From Octopus bimaculoides (Eukaryota), in contig NC_068981.1 in the NCBI RefSeq assembly GCF_001194135.2, forward strand, positions 106,215,047 through 106,279,046: a stretch of 64,000 nucleotides of DNA, in the 5' to 3' direction. How positions within the stretch are numbered: the first letter of the stretch is position 1; each line of letters begins with the position of its first letter. Below are positions 51,200 through 62,415 of this stretch, in pieces. The translations under genes and the position numbers were made by a program. The notes under the pieces are model-generated. The model did no database searches. It saw nothing but the letters and a program-made list of their open reading frames with translations, and had not been told where the DNA came from.

Positions 51200-51660
51200 G
51201 TGTGACTTGATATATGTATATGAGTGGCTGTGAGGTGCAGGAGTGGCTGTGAGGTACAGCAGTGGCTGTATATTAGGTAGCTTCCTTACCAGCCATATGA
51301 TTCCCGGTTCAGTCCCACCTTGTGGCACATTGGGCAAGTGTCTTCTACTATAGCCTCGTGCTGACCAAAGCCTTGTGAGTGGATTTGGTAGATGGAAACT
51401 GAAAGAAGTCCATCGTACATGTATGTGTGTGTGTGTGTGTGTGTTTGTGTGTCTGTGTTTGTACCCCTACCGTCGCTTGACAACCAATGCTGGTGTGTTT
51501 ACTTCCCCGTATCTTAGCACTTTGGCAAAAGAGATTGATGGAATAAGTACTAGGCTTACAAAGAATATGCCCTGGGATCGATTTGTTCAACTAAAGGTGG
51601 TGCTCCAGCATGGCCGCCATCAAATGACTGAAACAAATAAAAGAATAAAAGAATATATAT
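51200..51660 (+). mobile_element. Full-length SINE family B with duplicated head
   Basis: gtggctgtgaggt repeats, B-box-like ggttcagtccc, internal (GT)n, tail aaaagaataaaagaat. Confidence 0.9.
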
Positions 51661-51684
51661 ATATTCATTCATTCATTCATTCAT

Positions 51685-52030
51685 CATTTAACATCCGCCT
51701 TCCATGCTAGCATGGGTTGGACAATTTTACTGGGGGACTGGCGAACCAGATGGCTACACCAGACTCCAATCTGATCTGGCAGAGTTTCTACAGCTGGTTG
51801 CCCTTCCTAACGCCAACCACTCCGAGAGTGTAGTGGGTGCTTTTTACGTGCCACCGGCATGTGGGCCAGTCCGGCAGTACTGGCAACGGCCATGCTCAAA
51901 TGGTGTTTTTTATGTGCCACCTGCACAGGAGTCTGTCCACTGTTTTGTTCACATGCCACCGGCACAAGTGCCAGTAAGGTGAAGCTGGAAATGATTGCAC
52001 TCAAATGGTGCTTTTTTACATGCCACCAGC
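51685..52030 (-). mobile_element. RTE 3' UTR/tail fragment
   Basis: Reverse complement of 53400-53630 (ttccatgctagcatgg, cccttcctaacgccaacc). Confidence 0.9.
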
Positions 52031-52042
52031 ACACATATATAC

Positions 52043-52086
<44 letters not shown>

Positions 52087-52173
52087 CTGTATGTATGCAT
52101 GTATCTATAAATGCCATCCAAAATATTATATACATANNNNNNNNNNNNNNNNNNNNNNNNNNNNNNNNNNNNN

Positions 52174-52206
<33 letters not shown>

Positions 52207-52224
52207 ATATATGTATATAAGTTG

Positions 52225-52965
52225 AGCCTCACAGAGAAGATGACACAGGACCAAAACTACTGGTGACTTGCTGCACTTGAGAAGATGTGAAACTAAGGAA
52301 AATCATAGCCATCCATATATACAGGCATGTTCTTTATGGCTATAACCCCACTTCCACTCTCTCTCTCTTACACACAGACACACAATTCTGTCCCCTGGCA
52401 AAATTCACCCAGAACCCATCTCCCCCAACCCATCACCACCCCTCCAATTTCTCTTACCATCACTTGCCATCTCTAGCTATCTTCCCTCACACTCTTATGG
52501 AATATGTTCTCTACCCACTCTGTACTACTTATACTCCCCCACCACTCTTCCCTGTGGGTAAGCCCTCTCTCCCACTTTCTCCTCCCTTTCTTCCTTGTCC
52601 TACCAGGCGGAGGTGGGGTAGCCAAATATTTCCTCTGTAGTAAGACAGCTATCTCTGTCCCTCTATCATACACCAACCTCTCTCCTGGCACATGGCCACT
52701 TCTTTTGTTTACTCTCCCTCTCTTAGCCGAGGCGTCCTTGTCTTGCAAGCTGCTTGGTGATTCTAAGGGTGGTGGCATCATGTAAAAAGCACCTGTGCTG
52801 GCACAACATAAAAGGCACTCAGGCTGGTGCCACATAAAAAGCACCCAACCATACCAAAATAGACAACTGGAGCCTGGTGCAGCTCTTGGGCTTCCCAGTT
52901 CCTATCAAACTATCAAACCCATGCTAGCATGGAAAACAGTTGTTAAATGATGATGATGATGATAA
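52225..52965 (+). mobile_element. RTE 3' end with C-rich UTR and (GAT)n tail
   Basis: SLTEKMTQDQNYW remnant; ends ccatgctagcatgg...ttaaatgatgatgat. Confidence 0.7.
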
Positions 52966-52974
52966 TGATAATAG

Positions 52975-53150
52975 CTACAGCCATAGCTACGTGGTTAAGC
53001 AGCTTGCCTTCCAACAATGTGGTCTTGGGTTCAGTTTCACTAAGCTGCACCTTGGACAAGTATTTACTACTATAACTCTGGGCTGACCAAAGCCTTGTGA
53101 GTGGATTTGGTAGAGGGAAACTAAAAGAGGCCTGTTGCGCGCACGTGTCT
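52975..53150 (+). mobile_element. SINE family B, 5' part
   Basis: gtggttaagcagcttgccttcc...gaccaaagccttgtgagtggatttgg. Confidence 0.85.
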
Positions 53151-53182
53151 GTGTGTGTGTGTGTATGTATGTATGTATATAT

Positions 53183-53650
53183 TGGGCCTCACCGAGGCAA
53201 TGACTACTGACCGAGACCTTTAGAAATGTGCTGTGCGTGAGAAGACCCGGCAAGCCAAGTAAGATCGTTGCCAGTGCCCCTGGACTGGCTCTTGTGCAGG
53301 TGGCACATGAGATGCACCATTTTGAGTGTGGCCGTTGCCAGTACCGCCTGACTGGCTCCAGTAGGATTTTCGAGTGAGATTGTTGCCAGTGCCCCTGGAC
53401 TGGCTTGTGCGGGTGGCACATAAAAGACACCATTTCGAGCGTGGTCGTTTTTGTGCGGGTGACACGTAAAAGCACCCACTACACTCTCTGAGTGGTTGGC
53501 GTTAGGAAGGGCATCCAGCTGTAGAAACTCTGCTAAATTAGATTGGAGCCTGGTGTTGCCATCCAGTTTCACCAGTCCTCAATCAAATAGTCCAACCCAT
53601 GCTAGCATGGAAAGCGGACGTTAAACGATGATGATGATGATGATGATGAT
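53183..53650 (+). mobile_element. RTE 3' end with modular UTR and (GAT)n tail
   Basis: ggcctcaccgaggcaatgact matches the ORF end at ~20300; internal ~65-nt subrepeats. Confidence 0.92.
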
Positions 53651-53685
53651 GATACACATATATGTATATATATAAATATATACAT

Positions 53686-53723
<38 letters not shown>

Positions 53724-53818
53724 GCATATGTGTAGAGTGTTAGGTGTGATGTACAGAAGTAAATATTGAAAAAAAGTCGTCAGAATTTTGGAATAAGTTC
53801 TTTCATTTATTTTATACA

Positions 53819-53860
53819 TATATTAGCGCTTTCGTTCGTCTTTCGAACTTGTCAAATATA
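53819..53860 (-). ncRNA. Minimal type I hammerhead ribozyme, U3-A8 variant
   Basis: UAUAU-[UUGACAA]-GUUCG-aaaga-CGAAC-GAAA-GCGC-UA-AUAUA: stem I 5 bp, stem II 5 bp, palindromic stem III AGCGCU. Confidence 0.7.
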
Positions 53861-54142
53861 ACTGAAAATACAGAGATCTAGCTTATTTATATAAAAACAG
53901 GTATTTTGGGGGGTTTTGTTTATAACAGAACACTTTTGTTTTTTTGTTTTTTTGGAGTGAGGCTTTGGAGACAATGGAAGATGTATAAGCAAATAAATAG
54001 ATAGATAGGCAGATAGATAGATAGACTGATATATAACAGAAAAGGAGGAATTTCGATTATCTTCACATGGTGAGTTGTAATATATATAAAGAATTAAACA
54101 AAGAAAATACACACACTACATAGTTTTAATATAATTTTTAAT

Positions 54143-54177
54143 ATATCAACCGGTTTCGCTTTCACTATTCATGATAT
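54143..54177 (-). ncRNA. Minimal type I hammerhead ribozyme, A3-U8 variant
   Basis: AUAUC-[AUGAAUA]-GU-gaaa-GC-GAAA-CCGG-UU-GAUAU: stem I 5 bp, 2-bp stem II capped by a GNRA loop, palindromic stem III ACCGGU. Confidence 0.65.
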
Positions 54178-54757
54178 TTGAATATGTATTTTCTTAAGAA
54201 GAAATTTTTGTCCATGTTGTGTGTGATGATATTTACGAGTGAATGACTTCACAAGTAGAAAAAAAAGGGGAGGTAATTGGTTATCGTTATTATTGTTATT
54301 GTTGTGGTAAGGGAGATAACTGTTCAGCTTTCAGTAAGGGGAGGGGAATATATATATATATACACACAAAAAAAGGTTTCGAAAAACTTGTTTTGTGAAT
54401 GGATTTATGTACAGTGATATAATCGTGAATTGAAATATGTAAAAAGATAAAAGGTGGTTATGCATGCATATTAAGACGTGTTCTGTACTTTTCAGTCAAA
54501 AAAGTTTCTTTATTTAAACGTTCTTGTGGGGGAAATTATGTCTTTGCACTGGTAGAAGGGGAAGACTGTGAAATTTGGCTTGATGTTAACTGCACATTTT
54601 TCTATATGTTCACTGAGAGGAATTTGCCTATAATGCGGGAAATGGATTTGCTCCTTACGTAAAGTGGTTTTCCATCTCAAGGTCATACTCGTCTGTCCAA
54701 TATAGTTGTGTCCGCAACCCGAGCAGGTTATTACATAAATTAGGTCCTTTTTTAATT

Positions 54758-54795
<38 letters not shown>

Positions 54796-55117
54796 NNNNN
54801 NNNNNNNNNNNNNNNNNNNNNNNNNNNNNNNNNNNNNNNNNNNNNNNNNNNNNNNNNNNNNNNNNNNNNNNNNNNNNNNNNNNNNNNNNNNNNNNNNNNN
54901 NNNNNNNNNNNNNNNNNNNNNNNNNNNNNNNNNNNNNNNNNNNNNNNNNNNNNNNNNNNNNNNNNNNNNNNNNNNNNNNNNNNNNNNNNNNNNNNNNNNN
55001 NNNNNNNNNNNNNNNNNNNNNNTATACTAATATGCATATACATTCATATATAAATTCATATATAAATTCATATATATAGATCAATATCCAAAGTCATATA
55101 TATGTGTGTGTGTGTTC

Positions 55118-55186
<69 letters not shown>

Positions 55187-56075
55187 CATGAATGTATGTA
55201 ATTGTTCATATTAATATATACTCACACTCACTCATATATATACCAAAAAGCAAATATAAAAAAACAAAAATGAATGAAAAAAGATTTCCAAATCTATGTT
55301 ATTAATTTTATATTTATGTATGTATGTATGTACGTGTGTATGTATGTATGTATATAACGTACATACATAAATACGTATGTATGTATGTGTGTATGTAGGT
55401 ATATACATACGTATGTACGTATGTATGCATGTATGTGATGTGTATGTGTATGTGTGTGAGAATGACATTTGTGATTGAAATAATTTCGAAGGATTGAGTG
55501 GAATTTACTGCATAGCAAACCAGTTAACCATTATTTATATGTCTGAGACTTGGAAATAGATTTAAAAATCAAAGATGTCATCATAAAGTTTATATGTCTT
55601 GCAGAAGTAAATTAAGACTGGAAAGTGGAAACTTGAAGGTGGCTTGGCTTGGTTGTCTGTCATATTGGGAAATAGTGCTTATTGAATGAAACAGGACAAA
55701 ACACACTTGATTGAATTTATATATAGAAATACTCTGTTAAAACATAATCTAGATAATCAGTAATCACCATCATACTAATACTTGTATCACCAACCATCAT
55801 CATCCCCCCCCCCCNNNNNNNNNNNNNNNNNNNNNNNNNNNNNNNNNNNNNNNNNNNNNNNNNNNNNNNNNNNNNNNNNNNNNNNNNNNNNNNNNNNNNN
55901 NNNNNNNNNNNNNNNNNNNNNNNNNNNNNNNNNNNNNNNNNNNNNNNNNNNNNNNNNNNNNNNNNNNNNNNNNNNNNNNNNNNNNNNNNNNNNNNNNNNN
56001 NNNNNNNNNNNNNNNNNNNNNNNNNNNNNNNNNNNNNNNNNNNNNNNNNNNNNNNNNNNNNNNNNNNNNNNNNNN

Positions 56076-56137
<62 letters not shown>

Positions 56138-56669
56138 GTTATAACCCTTGACCTAAACTTACTGCAATGTCTGACCCAATTTTGATATCATTACAAGAAG
56201 TTAGCATTTTTAAATCTGCAAACTTATTATAGCATGTAGTGATCAAATCTAAGTAGCAGACATGATTTTTATTTATTTGGTAATTCTAAAAAATATTTCC
56301 ATGATAAATTAATAAAAACTGGATTAATTTGGAAATGTGATGTTGAGAAATGAAATGGTGCAAAATATAAACAACCAGAAAGGAGAGACAGAAGGAGTAT
56401 GTGTGTGATTTAATTTCTTAATTTTCAGAACTATTACTGCCACTTTTCAAAGTTTTGTAGGCTGGACACTGTTTTAATCAGTCAATTCTGCCATCATTGT
56501 TGACTGCTCTAGGTTTAATCTTCCTTAGGTTAGTTTTGAACTCAGGTTTTTGTATTTAATGCAGCTCATCAACATTCTTAAAGTTGGATTTACTAAATTA
56601 ATTCAAAAGGCCTGAAGGAGTAGCACTGACAGATGTTACTCAACACAATACTATCAGCGTTGTTGCCAC

Positions 56670-56830
56670 TCTTCTCATTTATCATCATCATCATTGCTGT
56701 CGTTATCGTCGTCGTCGTCATTGACAGTGGTACCTTCATCATCATCATCGTTGTTGTCATTGTCATTGCCATCAATATTGTCATCACCACCATCATCATC
56801 TTTGTTATCACTGTTGCCATCATCATCAAT
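56670..56830. repeat. Degenerate (CAT/CGT)n trinucleotide tract
   Basis: Low-complexity triplets; the ORFs here are compositional artefacts. Confidence 0.9.
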
Positions 56831-57194
56831 AACAAAAATGACAGTGTTAACACAAGAATGACATTATCAGCATCATCTGTTTTAAAAAGGTAAGTGAGAA
56901 TGGTTTAAGGCTGGATTACTGTTTTGATGATAGATCCTCTCGATCAAGTCTGGCTTGAGGCCAAACAACAACACCATTAGCATTAATTTAGTGATCATTC
57001 ACCTTGCTAGAAATAGCAGCAAATCTCCCTAAAAAAACAAAGGGAATGACACAGTTGGTACTGTAGTCCTAGAAACACAATGTCAGAAAAAGAAAGACAA
57101 TATGGTCACTGCAGGAACATCATTGATGTGACTGGAATTATAGAAGATTGACTTCATATATACTTAAAGATTAACCTCTCATATACTACAAAGG

Positions 57195-57365
57195 GGTTAG
57201 GTACAGTGTGGATGAATGATTAAGAAATTCAGTTTGCAACCATAAAGGCCCAGGTTCAATCTCGCAGTATGTCACCTTAAGCAAATGTCATTTTCTATAA
57301 CCTTGGGTTGACCAATATTTTATGAGTGAAATAGGGAAGATAGAAACTGAAAGAATCCCATTGAA
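57195..57365 (+). mobile_element. Old SINE family B, 5' part
   Basis: gaatgattaagaaattc...ggttcaatct...ttgggttgaccaa...gaaactgaaagaatcc. Confidence 0.7.
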
Positions 57366-58039
57366 TGGATTATACTTGTAATTCAAAAAGTATACTGTTA
57401 TCATACACTGTTGTGCTGATTCTGGATGAGGAATATGTAGCATAAAGGCAATGAACAGTTGGGGGATGAAAGACATAAGATGTCTGTAGCATGGCAAGCC
57501 ACACTTTATCAACTGTTACAACTACATCAAGAACAATGACATTCAAAACTCTATTGACATTTTGTCATTTATAATAACATTTGTTTTTTTGTGTATGGAA
57601 AGGATAAAATTTTGTTTATCAAAAATCTCAACAGATTTCATTGTCTTCTTCATACAAATGCATTAATGGTACCACCACCACCACAACCACCTAGACTTCC
57701 ACTGCCGGCACCAGAACTCAGGGAAGAAATATGGAAGATGAAAATTTTAGAATTTCACTGTTTTTTCTTTTTGTTTTTTTTCTTTTATTCTGCAAAAAAT
57801 CTTTATGAAAGAACTCAAAAACACAAAATTCACAATAAAAACAATTTAAATTAACTTATAGAGATGCGCGCTATAGTAGTAATAATAATATTCAAAATAA
57901 CAACTTGTAGATATAAAGAGAATTATTTCTTTGTGCAAAGGTTATTAATAGATAATGTAATCTGTGTATGTATTCATTTGTTTGCATCTCTATTTTCAAG
58001 TGTCCATTCTGTTTTAGTTTATTTAATTATATTTTAGAT

Positions 58040-58485
58040 CACTAAGAGCACCGTCCGAGCGTGATTGTTGCCAGAGCACCAGCTGTCTGGCTTCCGTGCC
58101 AGGGGCATGTAAATAGCACCATTTGAGCGTGATCGTTACCAACGTCGCCCTCCTGGCACTTGTGCCAGTGGCACGTGAAAAGACATTTGAGCGGGTTCAT
58201 TACCAGTACCGCTGGACTGGCTCCTGTGCAGGTGGCACATAAAATACACCATTTTGAGCATGGCTGTTGCCAGTACCTCCTGACTGGCCTTCGTGCTAGT
58301 GTATGTAAAAGCACCCACTACACTCTCGGAGTGGTGGGCGTTAGGAAGGGCATCCAGCTGTAGAAACTCTGGCAAATCAGATTGGAGCCAGGTGTAGCCA
58401 TCTGGTTCACCAGTCCTCAGTCAAATCGTCCAACTCATGCTAACATGGAAAGCGGATGTTAAACGATGATGATGATGATGATGAT
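58040..58485 (+). mobile_element. RTE 3' UTR with four subrepeats and (GAT)n tail
   Basis: Same family as 53183-53650. Confidence 0.9.
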
Positions 58486-58689
58486 ATTTTTATTTTGAAT
58501 ATACATAAAACCTTTTCACAAAAAAATAAAAAACTAGTGAAGCAGTGGGTGGTGCTGATGGTATCAACTAACTCCCTCTCCTTGATATTGCTAGCCTTAT
58601 GTTTAAAATTTCATCCCATCTCATCTTTGCTCATTTATTCTGGGGAGGGTTGTGAGGGTAGAGTCCCAAAGCATGCATTCTATCAGGTC

Positions 58690-59590
58690 CTATCCAATTG
58701 ATCTCAAGTGAGACCTACTAAACTCAAGGATCCACCCATTCTTGTGCATTGTCTACTCCTAGGTCACCTGCTGGATGGTTTTACTCATAAAACCTATCCA
58801 GTGATTCTTTTCCAAGACATTCTTACCACATGTGCACAGTATTGAAGCTGTGATCTCTCAATTCAGAGAAGTAGGGACTCTACCTGAAGTATCTCTCTGA
58901 TCTCTGAGCTATGCACTCTATTGAGTGACGATACTCTGAAGGCCTTTCAGAGGAACCCCCACCTCAGCCGCTTGTATTTGTGATAGTATTCTTTTGGTCA
59001 TTATGCAAGATTTATGACCATAGGTAAAGGTAGGCATGATCACTGAATTGGAGAGAGTGAGTTTGGCTTTTACACCTTCTTCTGATGACCAAATGTTGAA
59101 GCTGGTACATTACTGCACCAGCTCCTGCAATTTTTACACATAATTCAACTTCCTGCCTTCCATCACCTGTAAAAATGGCCTTAAGATACTTGTACTTCTC
59201 CACCTGCTTCAGTGGAACTCCACTCACATATAGAGTGCATTGTTCAGGCTTTCTTGAGAGGATGAGTGTTCTCAGTTTTTACAGCACTGATTTTCATTCC
59301 TAATGAGCAGCACTTGGCACTAAACCTATCAAGTACACATCAAAGATCACCTTCTGATGAGTTGAGTAGTACCAGGTCATCTGCAAATTCCAGCCAACTG
59401 ATCCTACATCTACTGGTCTCATTACAATTCCAACCCAGCTGCACAAGTCAATTTTGCCTGTAAAGATTGTGAACAGGAAAGGTGGAAGTGTGCACACTTG
59501 GTGGAGTCTGACACCCATACTGAATGGTTTTGACTTAGCATCATTTATCCAAACACAGTTCCTAGGGTATTCATGAATCAGAAACAATTA
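58690..59590 (-). mobile_element. RTE-clade LINE (second family), RT fragment
   Basis: SKPFSMGVRLHQVCTLPPFLF, frameshifted FADDLVLL region, LKQVEKYKYL. Confidence 0.85.
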
Positions 59591-59859
59591 TGATTCTTAT
59601 TATTATTCAACTTGACTCAAAATTGGGCTTATTCCTAGTAGAATTTATGTGGGTAGCAAGTTACTACCTGTAACCTTAGATATCCACATGATTTCAATAA
59701 TCCTTCAAAGACTCAAAACCCTTCTGATGATCTTTCCTGTTTCTAAGAGGCAAACTATTCATAGAAGCTCTACAGGACATTCCATTCCAATCCCTTTCAG
59801 CCATTTGTCTATATCATTACTCAAAGTTCCTAATGCACGAATTATCACAGGCACAACCT

Positions 59860-60230
59860 ATACAGATTTCATTGTTGTTGTTATTATCATCACGTGCTTT
59901 CACTGGACTACTGAGTACAGCTCTGTGTGCCTTGGGTATGTGCTGTAGTTTGTTGTGGTTTTCTTATTTTCACTATATTGAAAGTGCTTTACTTAGGATG
60001 TGTGCAGAGCCTAGTAGTACTATTTTATGTATGTTATAAACACTTGTAAGTCCTGGTGTTTTGGTTATATATTTGTCTGGGTGTTTTTTTTATCGTACCC
60101 AATGCACCTACTATTGTTTCTGTTTTTAGGCTCCACATTCGAGTGACCTTTATTTCCAACTCTTTGTATTTTGAAAGTTTCTCCATTTTCTTTAGAGAAA
60201 TGTTGTTATCCGTTGGCATTGATATATTGC

Positions 60231-60268
<38 letters not shown>

Positions 60269-60270
60269 GA
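59860..60270 (-). mobile_element. RLE (R4/Dong-like) 3' end
   Basis: MPTDNNISLKKMEKLSKYKELEIKVTRMWSLKTETIVGALGTIKK. Confidence 0.85.
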
Positions 60271-60712
60271 GTGAGAGAGCAGTGCATGCCATCAAAGTGA
60301 CAATGAGGTAAAATATACAAAACTCAATATACTCATCATGACTATCCGTCTGATAAGGCTAGACTAGGCACATGCATCACAACCATATGCACATGGCATG
60401 GTGATCTCATATCAAGACTTTGCAGGTGGTCCCAGTTAGAATTTTCTTCAGGTTGAGTAGCCCATCCTGCTCAAAAGGTCCCTGAATAAGGGTTGTTTAA
60501 GGATGATGAACAAAATACACATGTTTCCAGAGGTGAATTATTCAAACCCCAAAGAATTCCTCTCAACACATGGCTATGATACTCCTCCACTTTTCCTGTT
60601 CATGATCAAAGATGCACATGTCATCAACCACCAAGGGACATGCTCAACTGGTTAAGGTCAAACAACTGACAAGCAGATCTGTGGTACTGAGCAGAATATT
60701 TGCTGTAGCCCA
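60270..60712 (-). mobile_element. Second copy of the 12520-13200 repeat, between (TTA)n tracts
   Basis: Reverse complement alignment over ~450 bp. Confidence 0.8.
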
Positions 60713-60715
60713 ATT

Positions 60716-60719
<4 letters not shown>

Positions 60720-60769
<50 letters not shown>

Positions 60770-61570
60770 GTTGTTCAACATTTAGTAGTTTCAGGAAAAT
60801 TTCTACTGTATTACTTGCTACACTTCTATGTTGCTGGGGCGTGTGCAGCATTGTATGATTTCTTTTCTGTTGTTGGGAGTGTGTAAACTCTTCTTGGTAT
60901 TGTATTGCATCAGATTTTTTTCTCTTGAGATGTGGTGCAGTCTTTTGTTGTATTACTGTTTGTATTGTGTGTTGAGTGTGTAATATGTTGGTTTTATAGG
61001 ATTGCTGGTGGAAGTTTATTTCATTGGATAATTGCTGTATAGAGTGTGTCTTGTGTTTATGGATTGTTTTGTTTAGGTTGTATTATTGAATTGATAGTAT
61101 TTTGCATAGGATGTGGGTTGGTCCTAGGAGGGCTATTTTTAGGATAGTGTATAGTGTTGAGAATCCCAGTGTAGCTTCAGCGTTTTTGTTCATATGTTTT
61201 TTTTTTTATTATACCCAATGCTCCAATTATTATTGGTATTGTTTTTACCTTCATGCCCCGTGTCTTATATACTTCAATTTCAAGGTTTTTGTACTTTGAA
61301 AATTTCTCCACTTCTTTTTGGACAATATTTTGATCAGACGGGACTGCAATATCTATCAGTAAGCAGGTGTTCCCCCCCACCTCACACAATCCTTTATTAT
61401 TATGTCTGGGTGATTAGCTTTTATTTCTTTGTTGGTTTGAACTAGCATATCCCAGATGATTGCGGCCTGGTCATTGTCTTGTACCTTGTTTGGCACATGT
61501 TTATACCATTTATTGTCAGTTTTAATGTTGCAGTGTTTACATATTGTCCAGTAGACATAATTACTTATTA
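60720..61570 (-). mobile_element. RLE (R4/Dong-like) 3' end with long 3' UTR
   Basis: YWTICKH...WYKHVP...IIWDMLVQTNKEIKANHPDIII, CLLIDIAVPSD...KEVEKFSKYKNL: PD..D-type nuclease motifs. Confidence 0.9.
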
Positions 61571-61784
61571 TTATTATTATTATTTCTATATTAACCAAAA
61601 TGAAGTAGATTGACAAATTTATTTTTTGAACCAGTGGAAGACACGCGAGATGTCGAAATATTGTTCCCAAAATAACAAATGGCACTCTTCTTTTAATTTT
61701 GACTCCATATCTTCAGGAGGAGTTACCTCAATCCTTTCTATATTAATATTATTATTATTATTATTATTATTGGTGTTGGGAGCT

Positions 61785-62185
61785 AGTAGAACTGTTAGCA
61801 TACTGAGCAAAATGCTTAGCTGCATTTTGTCAATCTTTATGTTCTGAGTTCAAATTCTGCTGAAGTTGACTTTGCTTTTCTTCCTTGGGGTGGGGGTGGG
61901 GGGTCAATAAAGTAAGTGTGAATTGAGCACTGGGTCAATCAGCTATCCCCTTCCACCAAAATTTCAAGCTTTATGCCTATAGCTGAAAGGATTATTATTA
62001 TTATAACTAATATTATTATCATTATCATCGCTATCATCATTATCATTTGGGTGGGGAGCTGACAGAATTGTTAGCACATCAGACAAAATGCTGAGTGGTA
62101 TTTCTTCTGACTTCTGAATTCAAATCCTGCAGAAATCAACTTTGCCTTTCATCCTTTCGGGAACAATTAAATAATACCAGTAGTT
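61785..62185 (+). mobile_element. Two SINE family A copies (61785-61990, 62050-62185)
   Basis: gagctagtagaactgttagc.../gagctgacagaattgttagc... with ctgagttcaaattc core. Confidence 0.8.
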
Positions 62186-62189
62186 TTAG

Positions 62190-62353
62190 AAAAGAAAAAT
62201 ACGTTGGGTATGTGCTGTAGTTTGCTGTGGTGCTCTTATGTTTACTGTATTGAAAGTGTTTTGCGTAGAATGTGTGCAATACCCAGTAGTGCAATTTTCT
62301 GTATGTTATATATATTTGTAAGTCCTGGTGTTTTTGTTATGTATTTGTCTGAA

Positions 62354-62415
<62 letters not shown>

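Larger units (their letters stand above)
53760..54762 (-). mobile_element. Penelope-like element 3' end (GIY-YIG endonuclease plus terminal region)
   Basis: LIYVITCSGCGHNYIGQT (GIY-YIG motif) ... PLSEHIEKC; the 5' part is lost in (TA)n and the gap. Confidence 0.9.

Noticed and set aside
53250-53475. CRISPR-like spaced repeats (also 58050-58310, 28500-28580, 30300-30410)
   Set aside because: Eukaryotic context, degenerate tandem units with no unique spacers, no cas genes.
54040-54075. Possible third hammerhead between the two called ones (gtgaagataatcgaaatt)
   Set aside because: The core cannot be placed in register and there is no palindromic stem III.
56633-56893. Hydrophobic 86-aa ORF ending at a perfect AAG|gtaagt donor
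   Set aside because: The ORF is a translation of a (CAT/CGT)n tract and I found no acceptor; the donor alone is insufficient.
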